Source: a virus
IMG/VR virus record: IMGVR_UViG_3300030493_000264
Span: 1-22,740 of that record
Length of the DNA: 22,740 nucleotides
Strand: one strand, 5' to 3'
Shown piece after piece: positions 7,054 to 15,546 of the stretch. A program made the translations under genes and the position numbers. Numbering within the stretch: the stretch's first letter is position 1; every line of letters starts with the position of its first letter. The notes under the pieces are model-generated. The model had not been told where the DNA came from, searched no databases, and worked only from the letters and a program-made list of their open reading frames with translations.

Positions 7054-7123
7054 ATGCTTCATGACTGACCTATTCCCTTGTTATTTGCAGGCCTGTAACT
7101 GCTATCTCCTAGCGATGTGACTT

Positions 7124-7768
7124 GTGGTTGAGCCCAGTCAGGCCAAGACACCTCCTATAGGATGCCCAGCCACCATGACTAAGACACCAAATGACCAGTG
7201 CAAGACTTGCAAATCATCCCACCTTCATGATTATGAGCGCTGGTACTTTGTTGAAAAGCTCAGCCCCAGGAAAATGAGTGCCAGGGCAATGCAGGAATTT
7301 CAAGAAAATATCGGCAAGGATTCCTTTTTCAACCATTTTAAGTACCACTCGCAGGTTCCGGCTGAGGTCCAGAAGCGGTACCAGGAACAACAAGCCTCAA
7401 TCAAAGAAACTGCTGGCAAGGTCGTTGATGAGCTGGTCGTCCTGGACCAACTAATCCAGGATGAGATGGAAACTCATGGCCTGATCAAAGCCTGGGTCTC
7501 TGAACTCTTCAGGCCGAGGGTCCCGCACATCGATGAAAGTACAGAATTGCCTTACATCCCCATGGCTTTGGTCACCATGGCTCAGGGCACGATTGCAGAG
7601 ATTCGACAGCTCATAAAAACCAAGTCTGACCTGATGAATGGCGACCTCAAGGGCACTGAGGCGAAGATGATCACTGAAGCGATGAAGAAGGTGCATGAAC
7701 ACAGAAAGCAGCGGCTCAATGGACCTGGCGGAGGCTTACGAGGAGCTGGCTTTGGAGGTAAGAAGTGA
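7124..7768 (+). CDS. Terminase small subunit (probable); alternative start ATG 7175
   Basis: Directly precedes and overlaps TerL. CKTC...SPRKMS...SFFNHFKYH matches the CxxC-HTH-H motif of many TerS-like proteins, followed by helical/coiled-coil segments. Confidence 0.7.
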   Translation: MVEPSQAKTPPIGCPATMTKTPNDQCKTCKSSHLHDYERWYFVEKLSPRKMSARAMQEFQENIGKDSFFNHFKYHSQVPAEVQKRYQEQQASIKETAGKVVDELVVLDQLIQDEMETHGLIKAWVSELFRPRVPHIDESTELPYIPMALVTMAQGTIAEIRQLIKTKSDLMNGDLKGTEAKMITEAMKKVHEHRKQRLNGPGGGLRGAGFGGKK

Positions 7769-9248
7769 TCCCGTCTGGTATGTCGAGACCTTCCTTGACT
7801 CCCATCCCTGGACTGTTCAAGCCCAAATCCTCAAAGCCATCCGAGACTACAAGCGTATCGTTGTCCGGTCCTGTCATGGCATAGGCAAGTCCTGGCTCGC
7901 TGCCCAGGTCATCTTATGGTTCCTCATTGCTTTTTATCCCTCAATCGTTCTCTCCACAGCTCCCACTTTCAGACAGGTTGAGAAGCTGGTCTGGAAGGAA
8001 GTCAGAGCCAGCTTCAACAGGGCGAGTTTCAAAATAGGCCGCCTCCTGCCCAAGGCTCCCGAACTCCAGATCCAGCAAGACCAATGGTATGGTGTGGGCC
8101 TCTCGACCAACGACCCTAACAGGTTCCAGGGATTCCACGAAGAGAACATCCTGGTGGTCATAGATGAAGGCCCGGGGGTGGACGAGGACATTCATGAAGC
8201 CGTAAACGGCGTGATGACCTCCAAGAATGCCAAACTCTTCATGACCGGCAATCCCACGGCCACCACAGGGACATTCTTCAACGCCTTTAACTCCGACCTC
8301 TGGAAGACATTCCATGTCGCAGCCTGGGACACCCCGAACTTCACCGAGTACGGAATAGTCGAGGCAGACATAGCATCTGGTGCCTGGAAGGATAAGATTG
8401 GGGAGAAGCCCCTGGTCAACCCCAACCTTATCACTCCTGGCTGGGCCGCGGAAATGTACCAGCTCTGGGGACCGGACTCCTCAGCCTACCAGGTCCGTGT
8501 TGGAGGAAACTTCCCTAAGAAGGGCCTTGATACCATTATTCCTTATGACTATGTTGAACGGGCAATAGAACGCTATGCCGACCTCGAAGACCAGGGCGTA
8601 CTTGACGACTTGGACGGCCTGGAACCCAGAACCCTGGGCGTAGACGTTGCCAGGTTCGGAGATGATGACTCCGTCCTGGCTCCAAGGATTGGCAATATTA
8701 TCCTGCCACTCGAGTACTACAACGGCCTGGACACCATGGAGCTGACAGGCAAGATCGCCCAGATCATGGACCGACTGAGCCTCGATCATGTGAACGTAGA
8801 CGAGCCAGGCCTTGGCGGTGGTGTAGAGGACAGGCTTAGAGAAATGGATTATGATGTCACCGGCGTAAATACCGGCAACAGCCCCAAGGATCCGACTAAA
8901 TATTTCAATCTCAGGGCTGAGCTCTGGGCCACCTTCAGGGACAAAATTCACCCCAACCCTCGAATTAACGCTAATCCTTACGCCCTTCCTGAAGATGATA
9001 GGCTGAGGGCTGATCTCTGTGCCCCCAAATACAAGAATCTCTCTGATGGTCGCATTCAGTTGGAACGTAAGGAGGACACCAAAAAGAGACTCAGGCGCTC
9101 TCCTGATGCTGGCGATGCCGTAATTCTTGCTAGTGCTGATTCTGAGGATATTGATAATGACGGCACTGTTGTTGATTTTGATGTTATGGAACAAGAGAGC
9201 CGATGGAAAGGCAGCGGGAGACGGAAAGGAAAAGGAAGGAGGAGGTAA
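7695..9248 (+). CDS. terL: Terminase large subunit
   Basis: Walker A VVRSCHGIGKS, Walker B ILVVIDEG, coupling motif MTGNP, and RNase H-like nuclease motifs LGVDVARFGDD and SPDAGDA. An alternative start is ATG 7719. Confidence 0.95.
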   Translation: MNTESSGSMDLAEAYEELALEVRSDPVWYVETFLDSHPWTVQAQILKAIRDYKRIVVRSCHGIGKSWLAAQVILWFLIAFYPSIVLSTAPTFRQVEKLVWKEVRASFNRASFKIGRLLPKAPELQIQQDQWYGVGLSTNDPNRFQGFHEENILVVIDEGPGVDEDIHEAVNGVMTSKNAKLFMTGNPTATTGTFFNAFNSDLWKTFHVAAWDTPNFTEYGIVEADIASGAWKDKIGEKPLVNPNLITPGWAAEMYQLWGPDSSAYQVRVGGNFPKKGLDTIIPYDYVERAIERYADLEDQGVLDDLDGLEPRTLGVDVARFGDDDSVLAPRIGNIILPLEYYNGLDTMELTGKIAQIMDRLSLDHVNVDEPGLGGGVEDRLREMDYDVTGVNTGNSPKDPTKYFNLRAELWATFRDKIHPNPRINANPYALPEDDRLRADLCAPKYKNLSDGRIQLERKEDTKKRLRRSPDAGDAVILASADSEDIDNDGTVVDFDVMEQESRWKGSGRRKGKGRRR

Positions 9249-9251
9249 TGC

Positions 9252-10763
9252 ATGAAGCGGATTAAGAACGTATTTGACCAGGTTGGCAGGACCGGCCTGC
9301 AGCAATACGGCGGCTATATCTATGAGGATTGGTTCCCGCCACTCGTAGGAGCTGCGGGGGCCAGGATCTATAGGATGATGGGCGATAACTCGCCCGTACT
9401 GTATGGCATGCGGTACGCTGTGGATATGATCCTGTCCAAGGTGCCTGTCAAGGTCACCGAAGCCAGCAGCTGCAGGGCTGATAGAGAGGCTAAGGTCTTT
9501 GTGGATTCTCTTTTTAAGGATATGAATCCCTCCTGGCCCGAGACCAAATCCGAAATCTTAACAGATATCGTATTTGGCTGGGCCTACTTCGAGCAACTTT
9601 TCAAGAAGCGTGAAGGCCTTGACCAGGCCGACCCCTTGAGGTACAGTCAGTATGACGACGGCCTTATAGGCTGGAGGTCCTGGGAGATCAGGTCTCAGGA
9701 ATCCCTGGATCACTGGGTATTCGATGAGGAGACAGGCGAGCTTCTGGGCCTGGTCCAGTCCCCGCCTCCAGACTTCCAGCCCCGGTTCGTCCCATATGCC
9801 AAGTCTCTGCTTTTCAGGATTCGATCTTCAAAGGGCAACCCCGAGGGCGAGAGCCTCTTCCGTGGCTGCTACCGGGCCTGGTACAATGTCACCAATGCCG
9901 AGGACATAGAGGGCATAGGCATGGAGCGGGACCTGTGCGGCCTGCCGGTCCTTTACGCTCCTGAGAAAGTGGTCAGTGGCAAGGATGCCAAAAGCCGGTT
10001 AGCAAAACAGAAGTGTATCAAGCTCATCACCGGCCTTAAGAGGGACGAATCCGAGGGCGTCCTTCTACCCTCTACCAGGGACAAATACGGCAACCGCGAG
10101 TACGAGCTGACACTTCTGGCAAGTGCCGGCACCAGGCAGTTCAATATCAACCAGACCATCACCAGGTACACCAGGGATATGGCTATGACCCTCCTGGCTG
10201 ACTTCCTGCTCCTGGGCAGTCAGAAATATGGCTCCAATGCCCTGGCCGTCACCAAGAACGAGCTTTTCCAGGCTGCCCTCCAGACCATCTGCGACCGGAT
10301 GGCGGGCGTTATCAACTCCCAGGCCATACCCCTGGTCATATCCCTGAATCCTTTTGATGAAATAACCGGCCTGCCCAAGGTCTCATTTGGGACTGTTGAG
10401 ACCCCAGACCTGGCCCAGTTAGGCGAGTTCATCAGCAACCTTGCAGGCTCCAAGCAGAACCTGTTCGCTGATGACGTAGAACTTGAGAACTATCTGAGAA
10501 GAGCTGCAGGCCTGCCTTCCGTTCCGCCTAAGCCTACACCTCTACCTACGCCTCTACCTACGCCTCTACCTAAATTTCTACCTGCAGGTGGCCAGGCCCA
10601 GGCTCAGGCCCAACCACGCCCGGAGGCACAGCCCCAGGATGACCAGGCTCAAGCCATGGATGAGCTGCAGAAGGCTTTTGACATGGGCCACTACTCGGCT
10701 AAGGAGATCCAAGACCTGGCCCATCTCCTCATCCGCAGGCCCGAGGGGAGGCTGATAGCTTGA
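9252..10763 (+). CDS. Portal protein (DUF935/Mu gp29-like)
   Basis: Follows TerL. Motifs FGWAYFEQ, GNPEGESLFRGCYRAW, EGIGMERDLCGLPV and LAQLGEFISNL, with a low-complexity C-terminus. Confidence 0.9.
   Translation: MKRIKNVFDQVGRTGLQQYGGYIYEDWFPPLVGAAGARIYRMMGDNSPVLYGMRYAVDMILSKVPVKVTEASSCRADREAKVFVDSLFKDMNPSWPETKSEILTDIVFGWAYFEQLFKKREGLDQADPLRYSQYDDGLIGWRSWEIRSQESLDHWVFDEETGELLGLVQSPPPDFQPRFVPYAKSLLFRIRSSKGNPEGESLFRGCYRAWYNVTNAEDIEGIGMERDLCGLPVLYAPEKVVSGKDAKSRLAKQKCIKLITGLKRDESEGVLLPSTRDKYGNREYELTLLASAGTRQFNINQTITRYTRDMAMTLLADFLLLGSQKYGSNALAVTKNELFQAALQTICDRMAGVINSQAIPLVISLNPFDEITGLPKVSFGTVETPDLAQLGEFISNLAGSKQNLFADDVELENYLRRAAGLPSVPPKPTPLPTPLPTPLPKFLPAGGQAQAQAQPRPEAQPQDDQAQAMDELQKAFDMGHYSAKEIQDLAHLLIRRPEGRLIA
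10533..10583 (+). repeat. 12-bp tandem repeat encoding PTPL x3 in the portal C-terminal linker
   Basis: CCTACACCTCTA, CCTACGCCTCTA, CCTACGCCTCTA, then degenerate CCTAAATTTCTA. Confidence 0.9.
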
Positions 10764-12457
10764 TCTCGGGTGGTAGAAGCGAGGAAGTCAGGAAGTCAAT
10801 CGTCCCCGGCTCTGGCCCAGCTGGTGCTCCCATAGCCTTCATAGCAGCCTCGCCCTCAGAGCTCGAAGGCATAAGGCGTATCCCATTTGTAGGACAGGCG
10901 GGACGTACCTTCAAGGAGCATTACTTAGACCCTCTGGGCCTGACTCGTGACCAGGTCATCCTGGCCCATGTGGTCCCGGAGGTGCTGAAGTCGGACGGGC
11001 GGATAAGAGGCCCGAGCCAGGCCGAGATAGATGCTCACCTGCCATCTCTCCTGAAAGCCCTGGACGATTCAAAGCCCCAGGTCATAATCGCCCTGGGACA
11101 GGTGGCTAAATATGCCCTCGGAGATCGGGCCACCCTGGTACTGCCTCACCCCCTGGCCATAATCTCGAAGGGTGACAGGGGTGAAGTGGCCCGAAAGCTC
11201 AAACAGATCAAGGGCCTGGTCCAAAAAGGGGAGCCGGGCTCAGCCGGGCCCTTTCATCGAATAATAAAGGGCTACTGCACGCTCCACAACTCCAAGGGTG
11301 GGACGTTCGTGGTCAATGCTCCAGGCCTGGACTGCAAGGGCTCTGACAAGTCTTCTCATGTCAGTAGTGCCTCTGGCGGGCCTGGCTCAGACAAACCGAT
11401 TATACCTTCTGGTAGGCCGAGTGTGATAAGACTCTGGCTCAGATCCCACCCTGATGAACAGGCCGTGGTCAGAAGCATAAAAAATGGCGAAGCCGAGGTC
11501 AGACTGGCTGGCAGTGGTGACCTTCTGGGCACATTCTCGACCAAGGATCTGCCTGAGGGCCTGGCTGAAGGTGACCGCCTCTATCCTGTAAGCAGTGGCC
11601 TGATTATAATTAAGCCGAGGTCAGATAGTATCAAGCGACACACTCACGAAGCTTACCACACTCCGGAAGAGAACGCCCTGAATCACGAGCCCAGGCTTGA
11701 AGACGATACCACCTCCTGGCTTGCCAGAGAGATGAGCTCTGATGCTAAAGTTTCAGTTACTCACATAGATCCCCAGACCAAAGAGGCCATCCTGACCTCA
11801 GAGGCCAGGTCCTGGCAGGCCCGGATACCTCTAAACCTCTTGCCCGACCCTCAGGTAGGAGACGTCATTTACGGGGCTTCTGGCAAGCTTAACAATAAGA
11901 GGACTGGAGAATCTACAGATTCGGCACCTCTGATCGACTATATCCTCCATAACACCGAGGCCCCCGGCTACTTCAAGAATCTGATTAAGCCCTATGGAGA
12001 GGGTGGTCCAGACATAAATGCCGTGACTAAGGCCCTTGAAGAACCACGGGTCATAAATATATCTTCTGACATAATGAAGGCTGAAGGCTACGCTACTATT
12101 CTAAAAGCTGATGAAGATAAGCGCATAGTGTGCGGCGTGGTCCTTGAGCCTGGCACCTTCGATCTACAGAGGGATAGGCTCTCCGCCGATGAGATCAGGC
12201 GGTCTGGTGAAGATTACCTAAAGGAATCCAGGATATTCTTTGATAGACACAGGAAGCCTGCCAGAGCTGAACTGGTGAAATTCTGGTTCGCAGAAGACGA
12301 CCAGAAAGTATTGGGCCAGCTCGTTAAGGCCGGTTCGTGGGTGCTCTGCGTTCATGTCTCAGATGATAAGATATGGGACAAAATCAAGCGCGGCGAGTAT
12401 ACTGGATTTAGTGTAGGTGGTAGAGGTGTCCGCATACCCGTCAGGATTGCGGCCTGA
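10760..12457 (+). CDS. Multidomain prohead protease: degenerate family-4 UDG-like domain, two DUF3006-like small beta domains, XkdF-like (S78-type) protease
   Basis: N-terminal PFVGQAG, P..AEI, KPQVIIALGQVA and PHP are UDG-like. LPEGLAEGDRL and LLPDPQVGDVI are DUF3006-like. C-terminal KADEDKRIVCGVVLEP..D..D, H, VKAGSWVL and WDKIKRGEYTGFSVGG are XkdF-like. Confidence 0.8.
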   Translation: MISGGRSEEVRKSIVPGSGPAGAPIAFIAASPSELEGIRRIPFVGQAGRTFKEHYLDPLGLTRDQVILAHVVPEVLKSDGRIRGPSQAEIDAHLPSLLKALDDSKPQVIIALGQVAKYALGDRATLVLPHPLAIISKGDRGEVARKLKQIKGLVQKGEPGSAGPFHRIIKGYCTLHNSKGGTFVVNAPGLDCKGSDKSSHVSSASGGPGSDKPIIPSGRPSVIRLWLRSHPDEQAVVRSIKNGEAEVRLAGSGDLLGTFSTKDLPEGLAEGDRLYPVSSGLIIIKPRSDSIKRHTHEAYHTPEENALNHEPRLEDDTTSWLAREMSSDAKVSVTHIDPQTKEAILTSEARSWQARIPLNLLPDPQVGDVIYGASGKLNNKRTGESTDSAPLIDYILHNTEAPGYFKNLIKPYGEGGPDINAVTKALEEPRVINISSDIMKAEGYATILKADEDKRIVCGVVLEPGTFDLQRDRLSADEIRRSGEDYLKESRIFFDRHRKPARAELVKFWFAEDDQKVLGQLVKAGSWVLCVHVSDDKIWDKIKRGEYTGFSVGGRGVRIPVRIAA

Positions 12458-13346
12458 TCACGACCTTGTCAGGACACGTTGGAGCGAAATCTCTTTCGTG
12501 CCCAAAGGAGCGAATGGAAAAACATTCCTAATATTTAAAGGATTTGATGAAATGGGACTCGAAGAAGATATCTTGAGTGCCATCCTGGGTACCCCTCTCG
12601 ACAAGGAAACCCAGATTGATGGCATCTTCAAGGAGCACAAAGTAGAGGGCGACGCCGCCACGGTGCTCAAGGGAGCTATTAGGCTCATCAAGGCATATGA
12701 GGATGTCCTTCCAAAGGACGTGGCAACGGTCATTGCCAAGTGTTCTGACTATCCGGCCCCTGCTGCAGGTCAGGGTGAGGATACCAAGAAGGAGTGCCCC
12801 AAGGGCGAGAACTGTTACGGCTACCCCATCAAGAAATCTGTAGATGGAGAGTATGACCTCTCAGACGTGCCGCCAGAGATGCAGCCCATCGTAAAGGAGC
12901 TTTGGACTGAGAGAGAGGCGCGTCAGATAGAGAAGGAGGAGCGCCAGAAGCTCCAGGATGCTGCAATAACCAAGGAGCTTGAAGAGGAGATCACCAAGGA
13001 ACTGAGCATGCTGCCTGTGGAGACCAAGCCCTTTGCTCAGGTCCTCAAGCAGTTCAAGGAACTTGACCCTGACGGCTACAAGACAATCATGCCAGTCCTC
13101 AAGGCCGCTAGCAAGGGACTGGCCAAGAGTGAGCTCTTCAAGACCCATGGCAGGACCGGTGCTGGTAGCATGACAGGTAGCGCCTGGGATAGGCTCGTAG
13201 GCATTGCCAAGGGCATGGTAGCCAAGGGAGCTGAGGATCTGACCCTTGAAGAGGCCATCAACAAGGCCATGGACGAGCATCCGGAGCTGGTTGAACAATA
13301 CGAGGCCGAGCATGCCGCCCAGGTCCGGGCTGTGGGGATGGTCTAG
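12426..13346 (+). CDS. Capsid scaffolding protein
   Basis: Lies between protease and capsid genes. Acidic coiled-coil, with C-terminal LEEAINKAMDEHPELVEQYEAE typical of scaffolds and N-terminal EISFVPKGAN. GTG 12426 has AGGTGG 5 nt upstream; the ORF track start is 12417. Confidence 0.75.
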   Translation: MSAYPSGLRPDHDLVRTRWSEISFVPKGANGKTFLIFKGFDEMGLEEDILSAILGTPLDKETQIDGIFKEHKVEGDAATVLKGAIRLIKAYEDVLPKDVATVIAKCSDYPAPAAGQGEDTKKECPKGENCYGYPIKKSVDGEYDLSDVPPEMQPIVKELWTEREARQIEKEERQKLQDAAITKELEEEITKELSMLPVETKPFAQVLKQFKELDPDGYKTIMPVLKAASKGLAKSELFKTHGRTGAGSMTGSAWDRLVGIAKGMVAKGAEDLTLEEAINKAMDEHPELVEQYEAEHAAQVRAVGMV

Positions 13347-14084
13347 ATGGCCACTGAAAAGCCTGTCCAGACCCTCTCTGGCCTCGCTGGAGAGGACCTC
13401 TCTTCCAAGCAGTCCCTGGCCATGAAGTACAACTCATCTGGCAATGTCGTTCTCTGCGGTGCTGGAGAGACCAGCATAGGCATACTCCAGGAGCCTGATG
13501 TGGAGGGCAGGGTCGTCAGCGTAATGGTACTTGGAGAGAGCCCGGCTATATACGGAGGTTCAGTCACAGCCGGGGTGAACCTGGCCGTTGGCTCTGGCGG
13601 GAAGCTGGTAACTGCTACAGCCGGTGATTCTGTCGTGGCCTATGCCAAAGAGTCCGGCAACCTCAATGAGCAGCATACAGTTGTGCTCCTGCCCCGGCTC
13701 TATAGTGGCGCCAAGGGCGAGACCATACTCCAGTTCCACTTCAAGAATACCAGCATTGCAGATGGTGACCTGCTCACGGATATCATACTGGGATTTGCTG
13801 GCACTATCAAGAAGTTCATGGCCATGGCCAATGATCCTGTAACGACCGCTGCCAAGGCCTCGACTCTCCACGTTGAGATCGAGGACACTCCTCTGACGGG
13901 CGGAGTTCTGAGCCTGGCCAGTGCCGGCATGACCCCACTTGGCAAGGTGATCAATGCTACTGCAATCACTGCGGCCAACGTTTTCACTGCCACTCAGAAG
14001 ATCAGCATAGTGGCTGCTTCCACGGTGGCCTTCATCGAGGGAGAGACCACCCTCACTATGGTCATTGAGCCAGCGGTGGCTTGA
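13347..14084 (+). CDS. DUF2190-like capsid cement/decoration protein with an extra C-terminal beta domain
   Basis: N-terminal ~115 aa (AGEDLS..SIGILQE..VSVMVLG..GGSVTAG..GSGGKLV..A.ESG) is DUF2190-like and sits in the usual position before the capsid gene. Confidence 0.75.
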   Translation: MATEKPVQTLSGLAGEDLSSKQSLAMKYNSSGNVVLCGAGETSIGILQEPDVEGRVVSVMVLGESPAIYGGSVTAGVNLAVGSGGKLVTATAGDSVVAYAKESGNLNEQHTVVLLPRLYSGAKGETILQFHFKNTSIADGDLLTDIILGFAGTIKKFMAMANDPVTTAAKASTLHVEIEDTPLTGGVLSLASAGMTPLGKVINATAITAANVFTATQKISIVAASTVAFIEGETTLTMVIEPAVA

Positions 14085-14106
14085 ATTTGTAGGAGGTGAA
14101 TAAGAA

Positions 14107-15087
14107 ATGCCAAATCCAACAAGAGGCGACCTGTATGTTAACAAGCTGCTTGGCAACTTCGCCGTCGGCTGGGTTCAATCGCAGAATGTCTACATAGCAG
14201 GCAAGGTATTCACAAACATACCTGTGGACGATAAGACCGGCAACTACGGCGAGTACAACCGTGCAGACTGGATGAGAGATGAGGCCGAAGAGAGGGCCCC
14301 AGGTAACGAGTCTGCTGGCGGTGGATGGGATATAGATAACTCGGCAGAGTACATCTGCAGGCGCATCTCATACCACTTCGATGTTGATAATGAGAAGCTG
14401 GCCTCCACTCAGAAGCCCTTCAACCTGAAGAAAGATGGGACAAGGTTCGTCTCCCAGAAGCTGCTCATCAACAGGGAGAGGAAGTTTGCCAACAGGTACT
14501 TCGGCGCCAGCAAAGGCTGGAACGATAGGGCTGGAGTGGCTGGGACACCGAGCACAAACCAGTTCAAGCAGTTCAACAAGGACGGCAGCAAGCCAGCAGA
14601 TACGATAATGGCCTACATAGATGAGATCGCCGGCTATGGTTTCAAGCCCAACAAGATAACCTCCTCGCCAGACGTGTACCGCTGTCTCTGCAACCATTCT
14701 GACGTTCTGAGCAGGATCCAGTACAGCCAGAAAGGCATTGTCACTGCTGACCTGCTGGCAGAGCTCTTTGGTGTTGAAGAGTTCCTGGTCGCCAGGGCCG
14801 TGGCCAATACGGCGCCCAAGGGAGCTGCAGAGAATACAAACTTCATCTTCCAGAATGGTCTCTTGATCACCTACTCGGACCCAAACCCAACGATTGAGTC
14901 ACCTACAGCCGGGGCGACATTCTCCTGGCGGGCCTACGCCGGGGCCTCAGACCTGGGATCCAGGATAAAGGAGTTCCCAATCGATGAGAAGGACTGCGTG
15001 AGGATCGAGGGCGATATGGCCTCGGACCAGAAGATGGTCTCAGGCATCCTCGGGACATTCATGGCCAGTGTGCTTGCCGCAGCATAA
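14107..15087 (+). CDS. Major capsid protein (HK97 fold)
   Basis: 326 aa with the strongest SD in the window (AGGAGGTGA 14091-14099). Motifs RAPGNES, KLLINRERKFA, GFKPNKI, LCNHSDVLSRIQYSQKGIVTADLLAELFGVE resemble phage cap-E-type capsids. Confidence 0.9.
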   Translation: MPNPTRGDLYVNKLLGNFAVGWVQSQNVYIAGKVFTNIPVDDKTGNYGEYNRADWMRDEAEERAPGNESAGGGWDIDNSAEYICRRISYHFDVDNEKLASTQKPFNLKKDGTRFVSQKLLINRERKFANRYFGASKGWNDRAGVAGTPSTNQFKQFNKDGSKPADTIMAYIDEIAGYGFKPNKITSSPDVYRCLCNHSDVLSRIQYSQKGIVTADLLAELFGVEEFLVARAVANTAPKGAAENTNFIFQNGLLITYSDPNPTIESPTAGATFSWRAYAGASDLGSRIKEFPIDEKDCVRIEGDMASDQKMVSGILGTFMASVLAAA

Positions 15088-15109
15088 GGCAAGCCCATCG
15101 CCTTTTTTT
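15087..15109 (+). terminator. Hairpin plus T7 terminator/attenuator after the capsid gene
   Basis: AGGC...GCCT followed by TTTTTTT (15103-15109), consistent with reducing expression of the downstream low-copy proteins. Confidence 0.6.
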
Positions 15110-15118
15110 GAGGTTATT

Positions 15119-15535
15119 ATGGCCTGGACCTTTACAGATGATCCTGAACATATCCCTCGGGATGCAGTCAGGGTATTATGTGGTGATGCTGACGAGAATA
15201 ATCAGAAGCTCTCGGATAACCAGATTGCCTACTTCATTTCTCAGAACGATGATAATAATGTAGCTGCAGCTGCAGATGCTGCTGAGGCTATAGCCGCTCA
15301 CTATGCGGATATGGCAGCCATCCATACTGGCGACTTAGGCGAGAACCTGACTTCCAAGCATGATGCATACCTGAAGATAGCCACCAGGCTCAGAGCCAGG
15401 TCTGAAGATGATGGCCCTGATGATACCGATATACCAGCTCCTTTTGCTGGTGGTGTGAGCCGGGAACCAATGTTCTATCGTGGTGTGGGCTATCGCAGAA
15501 GGGACTCCACTGATTACTCGACTGATACCTCATGA
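15119..15535 (+). CDS. Head-tail adaptor (head completion protein)
   Basis: MAWTFTDDP..RDAVRVLCGD..LSDNQIAYFI..AAADAAEAIAAHYA..GDL is the typical adaptor pattern. ATG 15119 follows GAGGT and is preferred to GTG 15068. Confidence 0.8.
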   Translation: MAWTFTDDPEHIPRDAVRVLCGDADENNQKLSDNQIAYFISQNDDNNVAAAADAAEAIAAHYADMAAIHTGDLGENLTSKHDAYLKIATRLRARSEDDGPDDTDIPAPFAGGVSREPMFYRGVGYRRRDSTDYSTDTS

Positions 15536-15546
15536 GGTGGTGATGA

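Noticed and set aside
7059-7066. TCATGACT partial match to the par palindrome upstream of terS
   Set aside because: Single 8-bp partial match, compatible with chance.
7695-9248. Intein or intron in TerL
   Set aside because: Length is normal and there are no C...HN splice motifs or LAGLIDADG signature.
8481-9305. 274-aa minus-strand ORF (and 7934-8434 ORFs) opposite terL
   Set aside because: Antisense shadows of a well-supported gene, with no motifs or SD.
12861-14870. Multiple 60-200 aa minus-strand or alternate-frame ORFs over the scaffold, cement and capsid genes
   Set aside because: Fully overlap confident genes; codon-bias shadow ORFs.
15068-15118. GTG 15068 start for the adaptor and ATG 6630 start for the small ORF
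   Set aside because: The first runs through the capsid stop and terminator; the second overlaps the upstream gene by 70 nt. Better SD- or ATGA-supported starts exist at 15119 and 6696.
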